The position numbers and the translations under genes were made by a program. From the human T2T-CHM13v2.0 reference genome, Homo sapiens: a stretch of DNA of 64,000 nucleotides. How positions within the stretch are numbered: position 1 is the first letter of the stretch; every line of letters begins with the position of its first letter. Positions 14,421 through 29,800 of this stretch are shown one piece after another. Location: assembly GCF_009914755.1 (NCBI RefSeq), contig NC_060925.1, one strand, 5' to 3'. The notes under the pieces are model-generated. The model did no database searches. It was not told where the DNA came from and worked only from the letters and a program-made list of their open reading frames with translations.

Positions 14421-15526
14421 GTAAGCGTCCCACGCCCGCAGTTGGTGTCAGTACTGCAGCGGGTTGATTTCTGGGCTCCTCTTCCCTTTCTTGGTTCTTT
14501 TCTACCGCGCCGAACCGGGCTATGGTTTTTTGAATTAAAGGGATTTATCGGGGACAGAGGTGTTGGATGATAATTCCTCTTGAAGTGCCGCCTCAAAATA
14601 GGATAAAGAGGCGGAGTTCTTGCTTTCCTGGTGTTCTGACTAATCTGTTGGCCACATTTTTAGGATGGGGACAATAGACATCCCCCCATCCCCGATCCTC
14701 CGAGCACGAATGGCTCTCTTCCATAGCGTTGCTGAATTTGTAGTTTGTAATCCCTGGTGGACAACTTCAGAGGGTAGGTTGCACGAGTTGCTGACCATAG
14801 GTGGTAGTTTCTCACCTTTGCCCTGAGGTGGCTAAATGAAATTCTTTTTCTGAAAATTTCTATGTATCAGTATCATTTTTGCTCTTCTAGCAGCTCTACA
14901 GTTGTGATCCTCTTCCCTTTTGGCACGGCTGTAAGCAGCAACTACTTGCTTATTGAATACTTTCTCCTAGTCTTGGGGATCAATTAAGGACATCATTTAG
15001 TTGACTGCTTAATTTTTGTCCCATACTTTATAGTTGTGGTGGCTGAGGCTGTGCCTCTTTCACGCCCCGCTGCTGCTCCGTAGGTGGAAGAGCCAATGAT
15101 TCCACGACTTGTTTACTCCTCAGTAGTACTTCAAAATGTTGCGTGGCTAAAAAAACGACAACCCACAGCTGCCCTGAAGACCTTGCTCTCAATTCCAAGG
15201 ACTTTCAGGAAGAGAACAACTTGTTTTCACTCTGTAAGAAAGGACAGATGGAGCTGATAGCAGCGATTACCATTCTAATGTTTCTAATGGCTTTCAGAGC
15301 TGTCAGCATGAAATACAAGTAATTCCTCCAGGTAGACTGACTGGATGAGATAGAAAAATGGAGGGCTTGAGGAGATTCGGGTGTGTTTGATGTTTCCTAT
15401 CATTTCATCACTTCCCAGGGAACTGGGGCTTTAGAGAGTGAATAGAGTATTGTTTGCCATATTGGTAGCACATGGAATTTGGATTCCATGATTTATTTCT
15501 TTGGATCTCAATTGATAACATCATCA

Positions 15527-15832
15527 CAGCCTGGCGCAGAGGCTCACGCCTGTAATCCCAGCACTTTGGGAGGCCGAGGCGGTTGGATCATTTGAGGTCA
15601 GGTGTTCGAGACCAGCCTGACCAACATGGTGAAACCCCGTCTCTACTAAAAATACAGAAAAAGTAGCCGGGCATGCTGGTGCATGCCTGTAGTCCCAGCT
15701 ACTCGGGAGGCTGAGGCAGGAGAATCGCTTGAACCCGGGAGGCGGTGGTTGCAGTGAGTTTAGATCAAACCACTGCACTCCAGCCTGGGTGACAGACTCT
15801 CAAAACAAAAAAACAAAAAAACAAAAAAACCA
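15527..15832 (+). mobile_element. AluSx-like
   Basis: Full dimer, (CAAAAAAA)n tail, TSD-like atcaca(g) flanks. Confidence 0.9.
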
Positions 15833-17308
15833 ACCATAATCACAGAGAAGTGAGAGTGATTAAAAGGAGCACTTATTGGGGTTTATTCTCCAATTCTCCA
15901 TTCTTATTTGGGCTATCTACAAGCCATCTGAATTTACTTCTTCAAAGCTTTCGAAAGGTGATCCGCCTCATTATATTTTTACCCTTTTCCTATGTTGATG
16001 ACTCAGGATTTAAATACAGTGTATTTGTCGAACTGTGACTGCAGTAATTGGTGTCCTGATTAAAAGCCAGGTTGCTCTGTCTGAATTGGGGCCTATTTTG
16101 TATTATTCTTATCTCTCACCTCAGTCTTGGCATTTGTGAATTAAGAAAATTATTCATATAATTTTCAGATTGTCTGAAAATCAGATAATTCCTAAGGTCT
16201 CATTTAAGTCTAAAATTTTATAGTTCTCAATGTAGCCTCTTTACTTCTAAACTCAACATTTTACTTAAACATCAAACTGTAGTTCTGATTGTCGTTTTGC
16301 CACTTTTCCTGGTAGTTTTGCTGAGTAACTTGGAGTAAACAATCTTTCTGCTAGTCAGTTGCATTCATTCCTACTACAGAAATGTCATGTCATAAGTGGA
16401 AGGGCTTTCCTCCAAAGCTAGGCATATTAATAGTTTGTAGCTTTCAAATTCTAAACTGAAAATCCTGTCATAAAAGTAACTGACAGAAACAGTGGCAGGG
16501 GGGCCTACTTTGCTTTGAATGCCTGCCTTTTTCAGTGGACTAGTTCAGTGGTTCTCAATCCTGTTTGCACATTAGAATCACCTCAGATTTCTTTAAATAG
16601 TTTTTGGAAAATTTGAAACACTTTCAAAGTAGGGGGAAACAGTATAATGACATCTATATACATGCCACCCAGTTTGAACAATGATCATATCTTGAATGAA
16701 CATATAACATCTATACCCCAGTCCACTATTCTCCCACTAGTTATTTTGAAGCAAATTCCCAGATATTATATCAAGTATTATTTTATCTGTAACATTTTAG
16801 GATGTACCTCTAAAGATGAGGGTTTTTTCTTTGTTATTTTAACATAATCACGGTATATCTGGGAAGCTTTTTTTCCTTTATTTTAACATAATCACAGTGT
16901 TATCTAGAAAGCTTTTTAAAAATAGGTTCCCAGATCTTACATCCGAATCTGAGGGTTATTCTTAGGCATATGTCAAATTCTTGTAATTCTAACGCAGCCA
17001 GTTAGTCAAGAGTGCATTGTTCTGAGAATATGTAGTTTTCTCTTAAGTCAATTCCTTATGTGAAAGTCCTTTCAATTCTCTTTCTCTATTTACTTTGGAT
17101 TATCCTGCTACTGATATGCTATACTGTAGTTTTGAGGAATATCAAGAGAATGTATGGAGGGAAGCTATGTCAACCATTTTGAAAAGAAAGCCCAAATGAA
17201 TAAGCTAGTCCTTTTTTTAAAAAAAAACCCACATTATTCAATTTAGTAATATTTAGGCTTAATACTATACAGTCTTATTTACCAAAGTCACTTAAACCAG
17301 TCTAAAAT

Positions 17309-17695
17309 AGGGGTCAGCAATCTTTCTGTAAAGGGCCAGATAGTAAATAGTTTAGACTTTGTAGACCATACAGTCTCTGTTATAGCTACGCAATTCTGCC
17401 ACTGTAGCCTGTAAGCAGCTATAGACAATATAGGTAAGCAAGGCAGGTATGTTGGTTCACACCTCTAGTCTCAGCTTCTCTGGAAGCTGAGGTGGGAAGA
17501 TGGCTTGAGCCCAGGAGTTCGAGGCTGCAGTGAGCTATGATTACACCACTCACTGCATTCCAGCCTGGGTGACAGAGCAAGGTCCTTTCTCAATCAATCA
17601 ATCAGTAAAATAATAGGTAAACAAATGGGCAGAGCTGTTTTCAAATAACACTTGATAAAAGCATCTGGCTTACTGGCTGTCTGCCAACTCTTGGT
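17309..17695 (+). mobile_element. MER58A-like DNA transposon with nested FRAM/AluJ monomer (~17441-17610)
   Basis: ggggtcagcaatctttctgtaaagggccagatagtaaata is the MER58 start; monomer flanked by ataggtaagca / ataggtaaaca. Confidence 0.75.
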
Positions 17696-18475
17696 CCAAA
17701 GGATAGTAATGAAAAGAAACAGGAGTTACTGTTTTTACAATCCCATAAACCTCATTTGATAAGAGAGCTACTTTTGATAAAGGAAATTGTATTTTTGATC
17801 TCTTGCTTCTTGAGGTTCTAGAATTTTTATTCCTACTCCTGAAATAATTAGTATAAGCCTGGGATAGGGGAATAAGTAAGATTTCATAGCCACTTCTCAA
17901 GTTTTAAGAAATCAGTGATCTAGTTTTTGAATTTTTAATGTTTCTTCTTTTTACTTCTTAGCTGAAATACAGTTTATGAATTACTTATGAATTTTGATAT
18001 CTCTGACTTCCATTACAACTGGTAATTGAGAGCTATTCATATTTGCCTATAAAAATATATGGCTGACTTAATTATCTTTTACAGAACCATACTTTGTTTT
18101 CATTTTTTTTTCCTCTGAAGAAAGACTCAGAAGCATATCATAATTGCCTGCCTATGAGTTAAACTAGTGGTAGGGAGTTATTTTTTTCTTTTTTTTTGAA
18201 GGGAGAGTCTAAGGCTCTGGAAGGGTAAGTGACACAGGTAGACTCAAAAGTTAGGCTATGATTTAGGCAGTGCTTGAGCATAGGCCATTTGACCATTTTT
18301 GGTCCTAGATGAGTTCTTTTTCTATAATTTGTTCAAACTCTGATTTAGTTGCTAATTTTGGGGTTTATATCCTTAGCCAAAGCCTAGCACCCTTCTCTAT
18401 CCTAGGGAGGAGAGTGACCTTTTTAGAATTCTTGGGTCACAGTTTATTCTAGGGATGACCTACTCCTTCTTACAG

Positions 18476-18642
18476 CTCCCTGGGGACAAAGAGTTTGTAT
18501 CATGGCAGCAGGATTTGGAGGACTCCGTAAAGCCCACACAGCAGGCCCGGCCCACTGTTATCCGCTGGTCTGAAGGAGGCAAGGAGGTCTTCATCTCTGG
18601 GTCCTTCAACAATTGGAGCACCAAGATTCCACTGATTAAGAG
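18476..18642 (+). CDS. PRKAB2: PRKAB2 exon 3 (aa 53-108, start of carbohydrate-binding module)
   Basis: ttacag|CTC acceptor, AG|gtgac donor, 167 nt; LPGDKEFVSW...GSFNNWSTKIPLIK. Confidence 0.98.
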
Positions 18643-19469
18643 GTGACAAGTGTCTTGGTTGAATCTAAGGGTCCAGGAATAGAGACCTGATTTCTTTTCT
18701 CAGAAGAGAGACCCAGCTGGACTTTTCTCCACCTACTAAGGACTGTCTCTAGAACATGCCCTTTTCTGCGGCCACTTAGTATATCTGTGGGATTTTTTTT
18801 TAACCTCATAGTGAGTCAGAGATGTTTTACCCTTTAGAATTTCATTGCCTCAGAGGGATTCATAATAGCTTTATGGCTACATTCTTTAGGACTATGTCAT
18901 ACAAGTCCTGTCTATGCTTGTGGGAAGTCTTTTGTAACTGTCTGAGTCTTGTTGCTCTGACTTCTGCACTAAAGCAAAACACATTTTGAATTTTTAGGTA
19001 GTCATGTTATTTGTTGCTTCCAAAGCAATAATGAGTGATTTAACTGGTTGTCAGAATGGCCCTTTGTATGGTAGTTCATTCTCTAGAAAAGGTTCACCAA
19101 AACAGGGAAAGAGTACCTTGAGGCACTTCTGTATCCTAAACCTACCTATCTTATTTGCACTGGTGAGGAACTTGTTCTACTGAAGCAAAGTAAGTTATAC
19201 TAAGGTGAACCATTTGAGGGGATTAATGTTTTTATTATTCTTTTCCAGATATTGGTTAAGAACTAACGTTGTTGGGAGGAGCTGGTAAATACATGTCCAA
19301 GATGATACAGAAAAGGAGAATGGGTTTATACGTTGTTTTTTACACCAGGGGATACAATGGCTTAGGAATCTGGGAAATTATTCATATGATACTATGATTG
19401 CCACTTGTTTTTTAGATTCAGTCTTCTAAAAGGAACTTGGCCTGTTTGCCTTTCTTTTTTCTTCTGTAG

Positions 19470-19563
19470 CCATAATGACTTTGTTGCCATCCTGGACCTC
19501 CCTGAGGGAGAGCACCAATACAAGTTCTTTGTGGATGGACAGTGGGTTCATGATCCATCAGAG
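19470..19563 (+). CDS. PRKAB2: PRKAB2 exon 4 (HNDFVAILDLPEGEHQYKFFVDGQWVHDPSE)
   Basis: Polypyrimidine tract + tag|C, GAG|gtaagg donor, 94 nt, frame consistent. Confidence 0.98.
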
Positions 19564-19790
19564 GTAAGGCCTTGATCTCCAAGGGTAACCATTGACTTAG
19601 CAGTCTCATTTTAGCTGTCATTTCTGTCAAGACTGATGGGCAGCTGCTCCCCTACACTGGAGGATTTCTCTCTTGATAAAACGTGGAGGTGCTGAGAACA
19701 ATCGTGTAAATTTTAGTAAAAGAGGAAGGTTGGATGGAAGAGATGGATTTGAAAGAGAGATTCAATAATTTTTTCTATTCACTGTTTCAG

Positions 19791-19911
19791 CCTGTGGTTA
19801 CCAGTCAGCTTGGCACAATTAACAATTTGATCCATGTCAAGAAATCTGATTTTGAGGTGTTCGATGCTTTAAAGTTAGATTCTATGGAAAGTTCTGAGAC
19901 ATCTTGTAGAG
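19791..19911 (+). CDS. PRKAB2: PRKAB2 exon 5 (PVVTSQLGTINNLIHVKKSDFEVFDALKLDSMESSETSCR)
   Basis: tttcag|CCT, AG|gtaatt, 121 nt. Confidence 0.98.
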
Positions 19912-20391
19912 GTAATTTTGTATTATTTACTCTCTCTTGCTGTGTCTTTCTTGTAGTTCCTTCCTAAAAGTTGTTTATGTGTGTATATACATATAGAGGG
20001 AGAGAGAGAGCAGGGGGTTGGGGGGAGGAGAGAGAGAGAGATTTTTCTCCTGTAAACATTTAGGTCTCTTATTTGCAGCAAACACAAACACACACATTGT
20101 AACACAAGTCTCATGATACAATGTTTACCTTATTACATGGGATACACTCTATTTTCCATGTTATCTTTTATAATCACTAATGGGCTACAGCCTATAGTTT
20201 GAAAAGCTGTTTCTAGTAATATTTCAAGTTTTCCACTGACCTTTGATGATATTACCCAGCAGAGGCGATACATGTGTGTAGTTTGTTTGGTTTGCCCCAT
20301 CTTAATCCTGCCAGTTTGAGACCTCAGTTAGCAGTTTCATGATTTTATGAGGTCCAAAAAATGTGGGGAAAAAAATGGTTAAAAAAACCAA

Positions 20392-20600
20392 CAGCCTGAG
20401 CAATATGGCAAGACCCATCTCTACAAAAAATTTTTAAAAATTAGCCGAGCGTAATGGCACATGCCTGTGGTCCCAACAATTTGGGAGGCTGAGGCGTGAG
20501 GATTGCTTGAGCCCAGGAGGTCGAGGCTGCTGTGAAGCATGTTTGAGCCTCCTCACTCCAGCCTGGGCAGCAGAGTGAGATACTGCCTCAAAAACAAGAC
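20392..20600 (+). mobile_element. 5'-truncated AluJ
   Basis: gaggattgcttgagcccaggaggtcgaggctgc is an AluJ right arm. Confidence 0.8.
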
Positions 20601-21079
20601 AACCACCCCCCTGCCCCCTGACAATTCTGTTGTAGGTAATTGAAATTTTGTAAATTTTTGGTTAAAAAAAAAAAAGTCTATGGTAGCGGAAAATATCTTT
20701 ACACTTTTATTTCCTCTAATATTATTTGAGCCAAGGCCTTCATCTCTGCTTACAATTGCTATAGTATCAGAGAATATTTTGCTAACCACACTTGTAGTTA
20801 CCATTTTGTTACTTTACAATAAGAACTATCTAAAGAATTGTGCACAGTATTCCCAGTGAGCACACTTCTCTCCTGTGAGTTCAAAGCCTGCCTCTGCTAC
20901 TAACTAGTTTTGCCATCATGAACAAATCTCTCAACCTTTTTCGTTCTGAGTTTCTTCACAGTAAAACCAGGGACTTAAACTTTCAGTGATTCTCAGCTGA
21001 GGAGGCACAATACCTTAAGTGGAACATATTTGAATTTCAGGGGAGAAGGGTGGCTTTGCTGTTTTTAAAAGAAATTATT

Positions 21080-21417
<338 letters not shown>

Positions 21418-21924
21418 TCAGAAGGTTAAATTGGGCATTATTTTTGACTGGTGGGACAGTAATTTAAAAGGGTTTTAAAATGCTGAATTAGATTATGAGG
21501 ATACTTGTGACTAATTTTTGCATTATATAATTCTGGCAAAGTAACCAATAAATAGACATGTATCATAATTATATAGAGAGAAGACTTGCATACTTTTGAT
21601 ATTTCCCTTTCTCCTAATTTCCCAATCTATTGAGGTAACGCTTATAATCCATTTTTTACTAGGAATCTACAGATAATGGATTTTAGTCTGCACTCATTTA
21701 CTGTCTATCCATGTATGTAACTTTAGGCAAATAACCAATTTGTATTTATTTTTTTCTGGTGAAAAGGCAATAAAAACTATTCTGTGCACTTCCCAAGGGT
21801 ATTTTGTGGATCATGTGATGAAATAACAAAGCATAATACTTTGTAAAGTTTCAAGTTCCATATGTTTTAAAGATATTATTTAATATCAGAGTATTACTTC
21901 TGCTTTTTTCTTTTGCCTTATATG

Positions 21925-23300
<1,376 letters not shown>

Positions 23301-23831
23301 ACAGTTACATACATTTTGTCCTTATTGTTGCAATCATTGTTGTATTGGTAGTCTTAGGAGTTTATAACCTTGTTGTTTGGCTGGAAAAAAGAAAAAATCT
23401 AATCTTTTCCCATTGTTTGAAAGTTACAAGGCATCTTTACATCCATTATCTAATTTGATTTCCTTAAAACCATCATGAAATAGGGCAAAGATTATTTTTA
23501 TTTTATAAAGAAACTGACCATTGTGGAGGGATTCTTCCAAGGTCCTACAGCTGATACATGTAGTAGCTCTTCCCTGAGCCTGGGTCTTTGAGTCTTTATA
23601 TCTTTGTCTGTCTCCCAAATCATGTTGCTATGTTGAGGAGCTTCATGGTTTATGTCCAGGGGACTCAGATTTTTCCTCTGGTTACCTTACAGCTGTAGAT
23701 CCCACAGGTCACAAGTTTGTGATCCAGGACTTCTACCATATTTAATGTTAGCTGCCATGTATTGATAGCTTTTTCCATGCATTCTTGCTAATTCTCCAAC
23801 TCTTTCTCATATTTGTATAAATATCTTTCAG

Positions 23832-23965
23832 ACCTTTCCAGCTCACCCCCAGGGCCTTATGGTCAAGAAATGTATGCGTTTCGATCTGAGGAAAGATTCA
23901 AATCCCCACCCATCCTTCCTCCTCATCTACTTCAAGTTATTCTTAACAAAGACACTAATATTTCT
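23832..23965 (+). CDS. PRKAB2: PRKAB2 exon 6 (DLSSSPPGPYGQEMY...PPILPPHLLQVILNKDTNIS)
   Basis: tttcag|AC, TCT|gtgagt, 134 nt. Confidence 0.98.
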
Positions 23966-24624
23966 GTGAGTATCCTGAGTATTACTGGGGCATCTGGGGG
24001 TGTCTAGGACCATTTGGACCAAAGTTCAGTAATCCTAGAGGTTAGGATTATTACAGAGGTGTGTTGAGATTATAAGTCATACACATACCAATAACATTAC
24101 AGATTTCCTTTTTCCAGTGGTGAGTCACAGCTTTTTCAGGTACTGATATAAAAATTCATAGTTGTCTCCTCATCCTAATAAAATCAGGATCAGAGCTATG
24201 GACTTCTTTTGAGCACAACATAAAGGAGTAGTTGTCATTTGGGGTTGTACAAAAGAACTATGAAAGCTTTTTTGTATATAATTCATGTCTCTATTCAATC
24301 TACTTGATTCCTACTATGATTGTTTTTGCCTTGTAACACAACTCTTCCTTGTGTGTTGTGGGCAAGATTTTTGTTTTAGCTCTCTTAAGGAAGATTAGTA
24401 GATGCTGAGGCATGAGATTTCTGCCCTGGACTGATAATTTTTCTAATTTTCTGTAATAGGATTGTATTATTGATACATACTAGAGTGGGTGCATTATTGA
24501 AAAGAGATAGCGCATTCTAGTTTAAATTTCTCAAAGAGCTCTGAGGAAGAGTAAGCTGTTTGGTTTGTCTGTGCATTAATTTCATTTAGTAATTTTTTTA
24601 GTAATTTTTTTCTCTTTCTCTTAG

Positions 24625-24693
24625 TGTGACCCAGCCTTACTCCCTGAGCCCAACCATGTTATGCTGAACCATCTCTATGCATTGTCCATTAAG
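24625..24693 (+). CDS. PRKAB2: PRKAB2 exon 7 (CDPALLPEPNHVMLNHLYALSIK)
   Basis: tctcttag|TGT, AAG|gtaagt, 69 nt. Confidence 0.98.
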
Positions 24694-25309
24694 GTAAGTG
24701 GTGGCCCTGGCTCTTCACAGAGCTCCCTGGAATGAGAGGTCAAGGGTAACATACGTTCTCAGTGGTTACTTTCTCTGCTATTTCATTGAAGCTGAAGCTG
24801 GCAGTAATGATCAAATTATAGAAGAACTCTCTTTTTTTTAACTACTAGGTTGTTTGTTTTAAAATCTCAGTCTCTGTGTTCTGGCTGGCTGAATTGCCCT
24901 CTGATAGGACTTTTTTGCTGCCCAGTTATTTTTTGGGTGACTAGAATCTTTACACTAACTGTTTACTTAAGTTTGTGTTCATAGCATAGGATTTCTTCTG
25001 CAGAAAAAGCAGGTTTTAGCTTCCAGTTCAAAGAATGCTTGAATGTGATATTAAGGCTTTCATTTTTTGAAGGTGGAATTGAGCTACTTTCAGGTGCCTC
25101 ATTCATATATACTCAGGTGCTTGCATCTCTCCTATACACTAGTTAAAGGAGAGATGTGACCAGATTTGCCCTGTCCCGTCAACTCTAGAGTCCTCCTTGG
25201 TTTTTCTGCTGCTTTAGAGTCTGGGTTGGAAATAGCCATTCTGTTCTGTCTTGTTATGTCTTTGTGGTTTGGCTATTGGAATAAAGTTATATAGCTCTGC
25301 AGTTATCAA

Positions 25310-25470
25310 ACCAGGCTGATTATCATTAGAGTCTCCTGGAGAAGATTGTAAAAATACAGATTCAGCAGCTCCATTCCTAGAGATTCTGAATAAGTGCATC
25401 TAGGATGGGCCCTATAATTTTTTTAAGCTGCTTTTACTTGGATATATAGCTGGATTCGGGAAATCACTGA
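25310..25470. mobile_element. MER5-family DNA transposon fragment
   Basis: ttagagtctcctggaga...aaaaatacagattc...agattctgaataag. Confidence 0.5.
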
Positions 25471-25519
25471 TATAGCTAACAAACTATGTGGTACAATATA
25501 ACACTTAAAAATATATTAT

Positions 25520-25665
25520 TGAATTTAATTTTTATAATAACGTTGTAAGTATTTTTAACTCCTGTTTTATAGATAAAGAAACTAAGGCTCAGAGAAGGTC
25601 AAATTGCCAGTAAGTACCAGAGACAGGACTGCTGAGGTCCAGTCCTCCTATGCTGACTTCATATT
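25520..25665 (-). mobile_element. MIR fragment (another at ~26460-26650)
   Basis: MIR core ttttatagataaagaaactaaggctcagagaagg. Confidence 0.65.
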
Positions 25666-26763
25666 CTTTCCTATATTATCATTATGCCAGGTCTTTCCAA
25701 GTAGGTTTTTCTCAGGTATTCCTCATTTCCACAAAACCTGTGGAAGTGTAAAAGTGAATTGTTTACCTGCCTTGCTTCTGTCGTATTTAGGCTTTGTGTC
25801 AGCATGACTCTGGAGTGTTAACCCGAGAAGCATTCATGGTGGATAATACAGTACGGGGGAAGGTAGAAGGATACACTTGTTCTTAATCGGATTTGCTTGG
25901 GTTCTTTGGGATCTGATGGATTTTGCCTCCTGTAACTGCTCCTTGGATGTCATTTAATTTGCCTAGGCTTGCCATCTCCTCCTGTGGTACATCTGTAGTC
26001 TACAACACAGCCTGGGAAATGGTACCTCTTGCTGTCTTCTTACTGGTTCTGACTCAGGTGAAGGTGTTTGATTATTGTGGCTTAGCTTGGTTCTGACCCA
26101 TTCCTGATTCTCTCATATTGTTTAGGCAGTTTGGAATTGATCCATTGGATTGGGTGTCTTTCTGAAGAGGATTTTGACATCTACTTTGTTCAAGGATAGA
26201 GAGGGATTCCTAGGTTCCCTCTAAATCAGAGAGATCTTTTGGAAGTCATCCCTGGTTTTAAATGGAAATTAGACCTGCTTTGGGACTTGGAAATAGTTTT
26301 TCAGAAGGATTGTTTCTTTTTTTCCTCATTGTCTTTAAGACTTTCTTCTAGAAATGGATGCCAGAATATTTTGTTCTTTTTTGTTTTTCTTGCTAGTTTT
26401 AGGCCCAACATTAGAATTTAAAGTAGGGAAGGGAGCAAGGTAGGAGACTATTATTTCTTCAGCCCTTTTATGTGTCAGAAACTGTGTCAGATATTCTCAT
26501 GTAATCATCAGAGCAACCTTAATGGTAGGTGTTATCTTTTGTAATGATGAGATAAAAAGACTTGGACACACTAAGTAGATTACCCAAGGCCACAAGTAGA
26601 ATGATGATAGGAGTCAGAATTGGAACTAAAACTTATTTGACCTCCTGCTCTTATATCAAACTATCTCTGTTAAAAGTGAGTGACTGTGAAGGACTGATGA
26701 CTGGGAAGAGCTACCTACTGTCTGAAGTAATGAATTAGCTGCGTATGTTTCTTTTCCTTGCAG

Positions 26764-26841
26764 GACAGTGTGATGGTCCTTAGCGCAACCCATCGCTACA
26801 AGAAGAAGTATGTTACTACTCTGCTATACAAGCCCATTTGA
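26764..26841 (+). CDS. PRKAB2: PRKAB2 exon 8 CDS (DSVMVLSATHRYKKKYVTTLLYKPI*)
   Basis: ttgcag|GAC; TGA 26839-26841; coding exons sum to 819 nt = 272 aa + stop. Confidence 0.98.
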   Translation, partial: DSVMVLSATHRYKKKYVTTLLYKPI

Positions 26842-29800
26842 AGGGATCCCTTCTTGCCTCTAAGGATTCAGGAGAAGCATCTCCCTTGCATTTCTGGACT
26901 GAACCAGTCTTACCTGAGACTGGAAGGCTGATTTGCTTTGAGGCTGATATGTGTGTTTCAGAGCCTCTGAGTAGGATGCTCTGCTTTTGCATTTGATTGC
27001 AGATGAGAGCTTTATGAGTTCACGGAATTTATTTTAAGAAAAAAAAATATACATATGAGAAGAAGGTAAATGGAAGCCTCCTAGCCCCAGCTAGAAGTAT
27101 TGTTTCTGCCTGTGGGTTTTCACCAAGACCTGTTTGGGGGCGCTGCAGGAATAACTATATAGGAAGATTTTTCCTAAAATGAAAGAACAGCAAACTCTTA
27201 GGATCCTTGTTGGGTGGAGATTCTATCACTGCTACCTTGGCTCTCCAAGGAATGGGCTTGTGCTAGACCGCTGCCCTACTTAACAGCTGCCTCATTGCAA
27301 GGGCAGTTTTTCTTGCATGGGTTCTCTATATTCCCAGAGTATGTGGCACAATCTGTGTTGTTTATATGATACCAGATGCCCCACAAGAACCCTTATTCCT
27401 CTCATTTCACATTCTTCCTTTAATAGCCTCCTTCAGATCCCATACCTGACCCCTCTCTAACACAAAACTTATTGGGTAAGTGACTTTGAAAAGTTTTGTG
27501 GCACCTGACCCACCCCAGACACTAGGGCTATCAGAAGGTCTCCTTTTTAGCCCAGCACAGGCCCAGGCCACTTTGTCGTGTTTGTTTTAACTTCTAAAGA
27601 AAATATGTTTCAGCATTATAAGAAAGGCAGAATGCAGAACACCTACATTTTTGTTTTAGTTTGGTGCCAAGGCTCAGGCTGTATTGGCAAATTCCCGAAA
27701 GTTTTCCCACTTTGCCTGGCCCTGCTTCTGTCTTTTCTTTCTCAGTAAACAGTTCTGAAGGCAGGAGTGGAACCCGGGAGTATTTTCATGTCTTTCATCC
27801 TTGAAAGATTTTTATGTGCCTGCATTTTTTTTTTAATTAAAAAATGCCTTTTCATTGGTCTTAAGAGACCGCATTGGAGAATTTCAGGCTTTTGATAAAT
27901 GCTTCTTCAAAGAGATTTTCTTCTCTAGTCTAGCCTTCCACATTCTTAGATTAATATGGCCAACCCTGTACACATCACTACACTAAACACTGCTCTAGAT
28001 AAACTGCTCAAGTTCATTTAACTCATTTGATGCACCTAAAGGGGTTCCTCATTTTAAAGATTTGTTAGACCAAGAAGCAAGAGAGTATTCCTAGTATTCC
28101 CAACCATGAAAAGTATCATTCTTTGCACCAAATGTTAACAAAATCATTTTGTTCTCCTGCCTCTTCTTTTTAAAGGTGTTTGATGATTAAGTGGGGTCAC
28201 TGAATTCCATTTGTGGACTGAAAAGTATTCAATCCACTTTTGGGGTTCAGAGATAAAACATTTTTTCCCAAGTAGCTGGGGCTCTTCCATTTTGCAGATA
28301 AGTCAAATAATCAACACTAAAGGAGGCTAAACTGTTGATGAATGAGAGACTCCCTGACTGCTCAGATGACCCTAGCCACACTGAAAGGGCACCTACAGGT
28401 CAGTTTAGCTACCTCCTGTCTTTCCCATGCAAAGCTGATAACACAGTTGTCTTTGGACTTGTAGACCTCTTGGATTCCAGGTGTGATGGAGTAAAGTGTG
28501 GGATTGTTGTTTTGCTGGGATGCAAATAACTAAATGCTTTGGTGGTTAATTGCTAAGAGTAAATACTACTTTAGCCATCCAAGCCACCTTCTGCAGCAAA
28601 AGGCTTTTGTGGAGAACCTTTTATGTTCCCAACCACTTTTTGAATGGTGTGCCATTTAAAAATCCAGGCCAGATCCTATTATAACCAACTCTCAGGATTT
28701 ACAGCCTTCAGTTGTACTAGAATTTTGTTTTTATCCAATACTCATTAAATAAGTGGGCCACTTAGGAAGATTCAAAATCTTGGTTATTACATGAAGTTTG
28801 TTATATTTCTTGTCAACAGTATTGAAATGTAATATGTATGTGTTCATGTATGAAAATTTTTACTCCACACAGGTGTTTCAGTAGAGTGGGGCAGGAAAAG
28901 AGATCTCTTCGATTTCTTTCAGGCCTGAGGCTTTTGTGAAATGCGTCAGCCCCCTGTGACAGTAGGTTTTGATGCTAGTGATCTTCAGATCTTTCTCTCT
29001 GGAAATGTGCAGAGAGTGTCAGTTTCCCAAGTTCTGAGGTAACTCTCAGCCCAGATGTGAAATGGGAGCCTACCAGCTGGTATAGAAGGGAATGGGTAGG
29101 AGGCACTGGGTGCTGACTCATTCAGCACTGTCCCTTTTCTATACTGCTGATACATCCCATGGTTCTGAGAAGCCTTATCTCAGTCTATTTGGAAGAGAGG
29201 GAGGAAGAGAAGGAAGTAACCCAAAGTACTACTCATTTATCCTTGTATATTGATTAGTTAAAGGGATAATTAATTTAATGCTGAGGAGAGTTTGACAGAT
29301 TTTGAAAATGAGTAAAGGCAAAAAAAATTTTTTTAGCCTTTATTTTGCCTTTGGGAATTTTACAGAGTCAAAGTAGGCAGAATAAGAAAATAGTTCTTCA
29401 GGAGGGCCGACCTTTAAAGAACTTCAACATAGTTTCGGAATTGTGGGGAAGAGAAGAGTGACTGAGCTGAGAAGTAATAATAGAATAAAGGGTTGAGTAA
29501 CTTAGAACTGAAAATGATCTCTTTTAAAAAGAAATTAAATCAGACACCACATGGTGGTGTCCTTGGATCTCACTGTGCAGAATTAGCAGTGTATAACCAT
29601 CTTCTCTTTTCATCTTGTTCCAATTCTCTCCTCTTTCCTTTCCATTCTGCTTTAAGCTCATGTGTCAGGCAGACTTTACCAGAGTGTCAGACATTACCTA
29701 AAACACATACGTTAGCCATGCTGCTGGTATGGAGAAATTCCACACCATGATTATTAGCCTCCTTTAAGCTGAATGGGATTTAACCATTCTAGGCAACACC

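Larger units (their letters stand above)
13480..14560. promoter_or_regulatory. PRKAB2: CpG island / TATA-less promoter of PRKAB2 (probably bidirectional)
   Basis: Dense CpG and high GC; (GGC)6 at 13749-13766; GC box gggcgg 13823-13828; YY1-type GCCATTTT 13851-13858. Confidence 0.9.

Noticed and set aside
13387-14596. Multiple overlapping 60-180 aa Pro/Gly/Arg-rich ORFs
   Set aside because: Expected stop-codon scarcity in a CpG island; only 14265-14420 fits spliced PRKAB2
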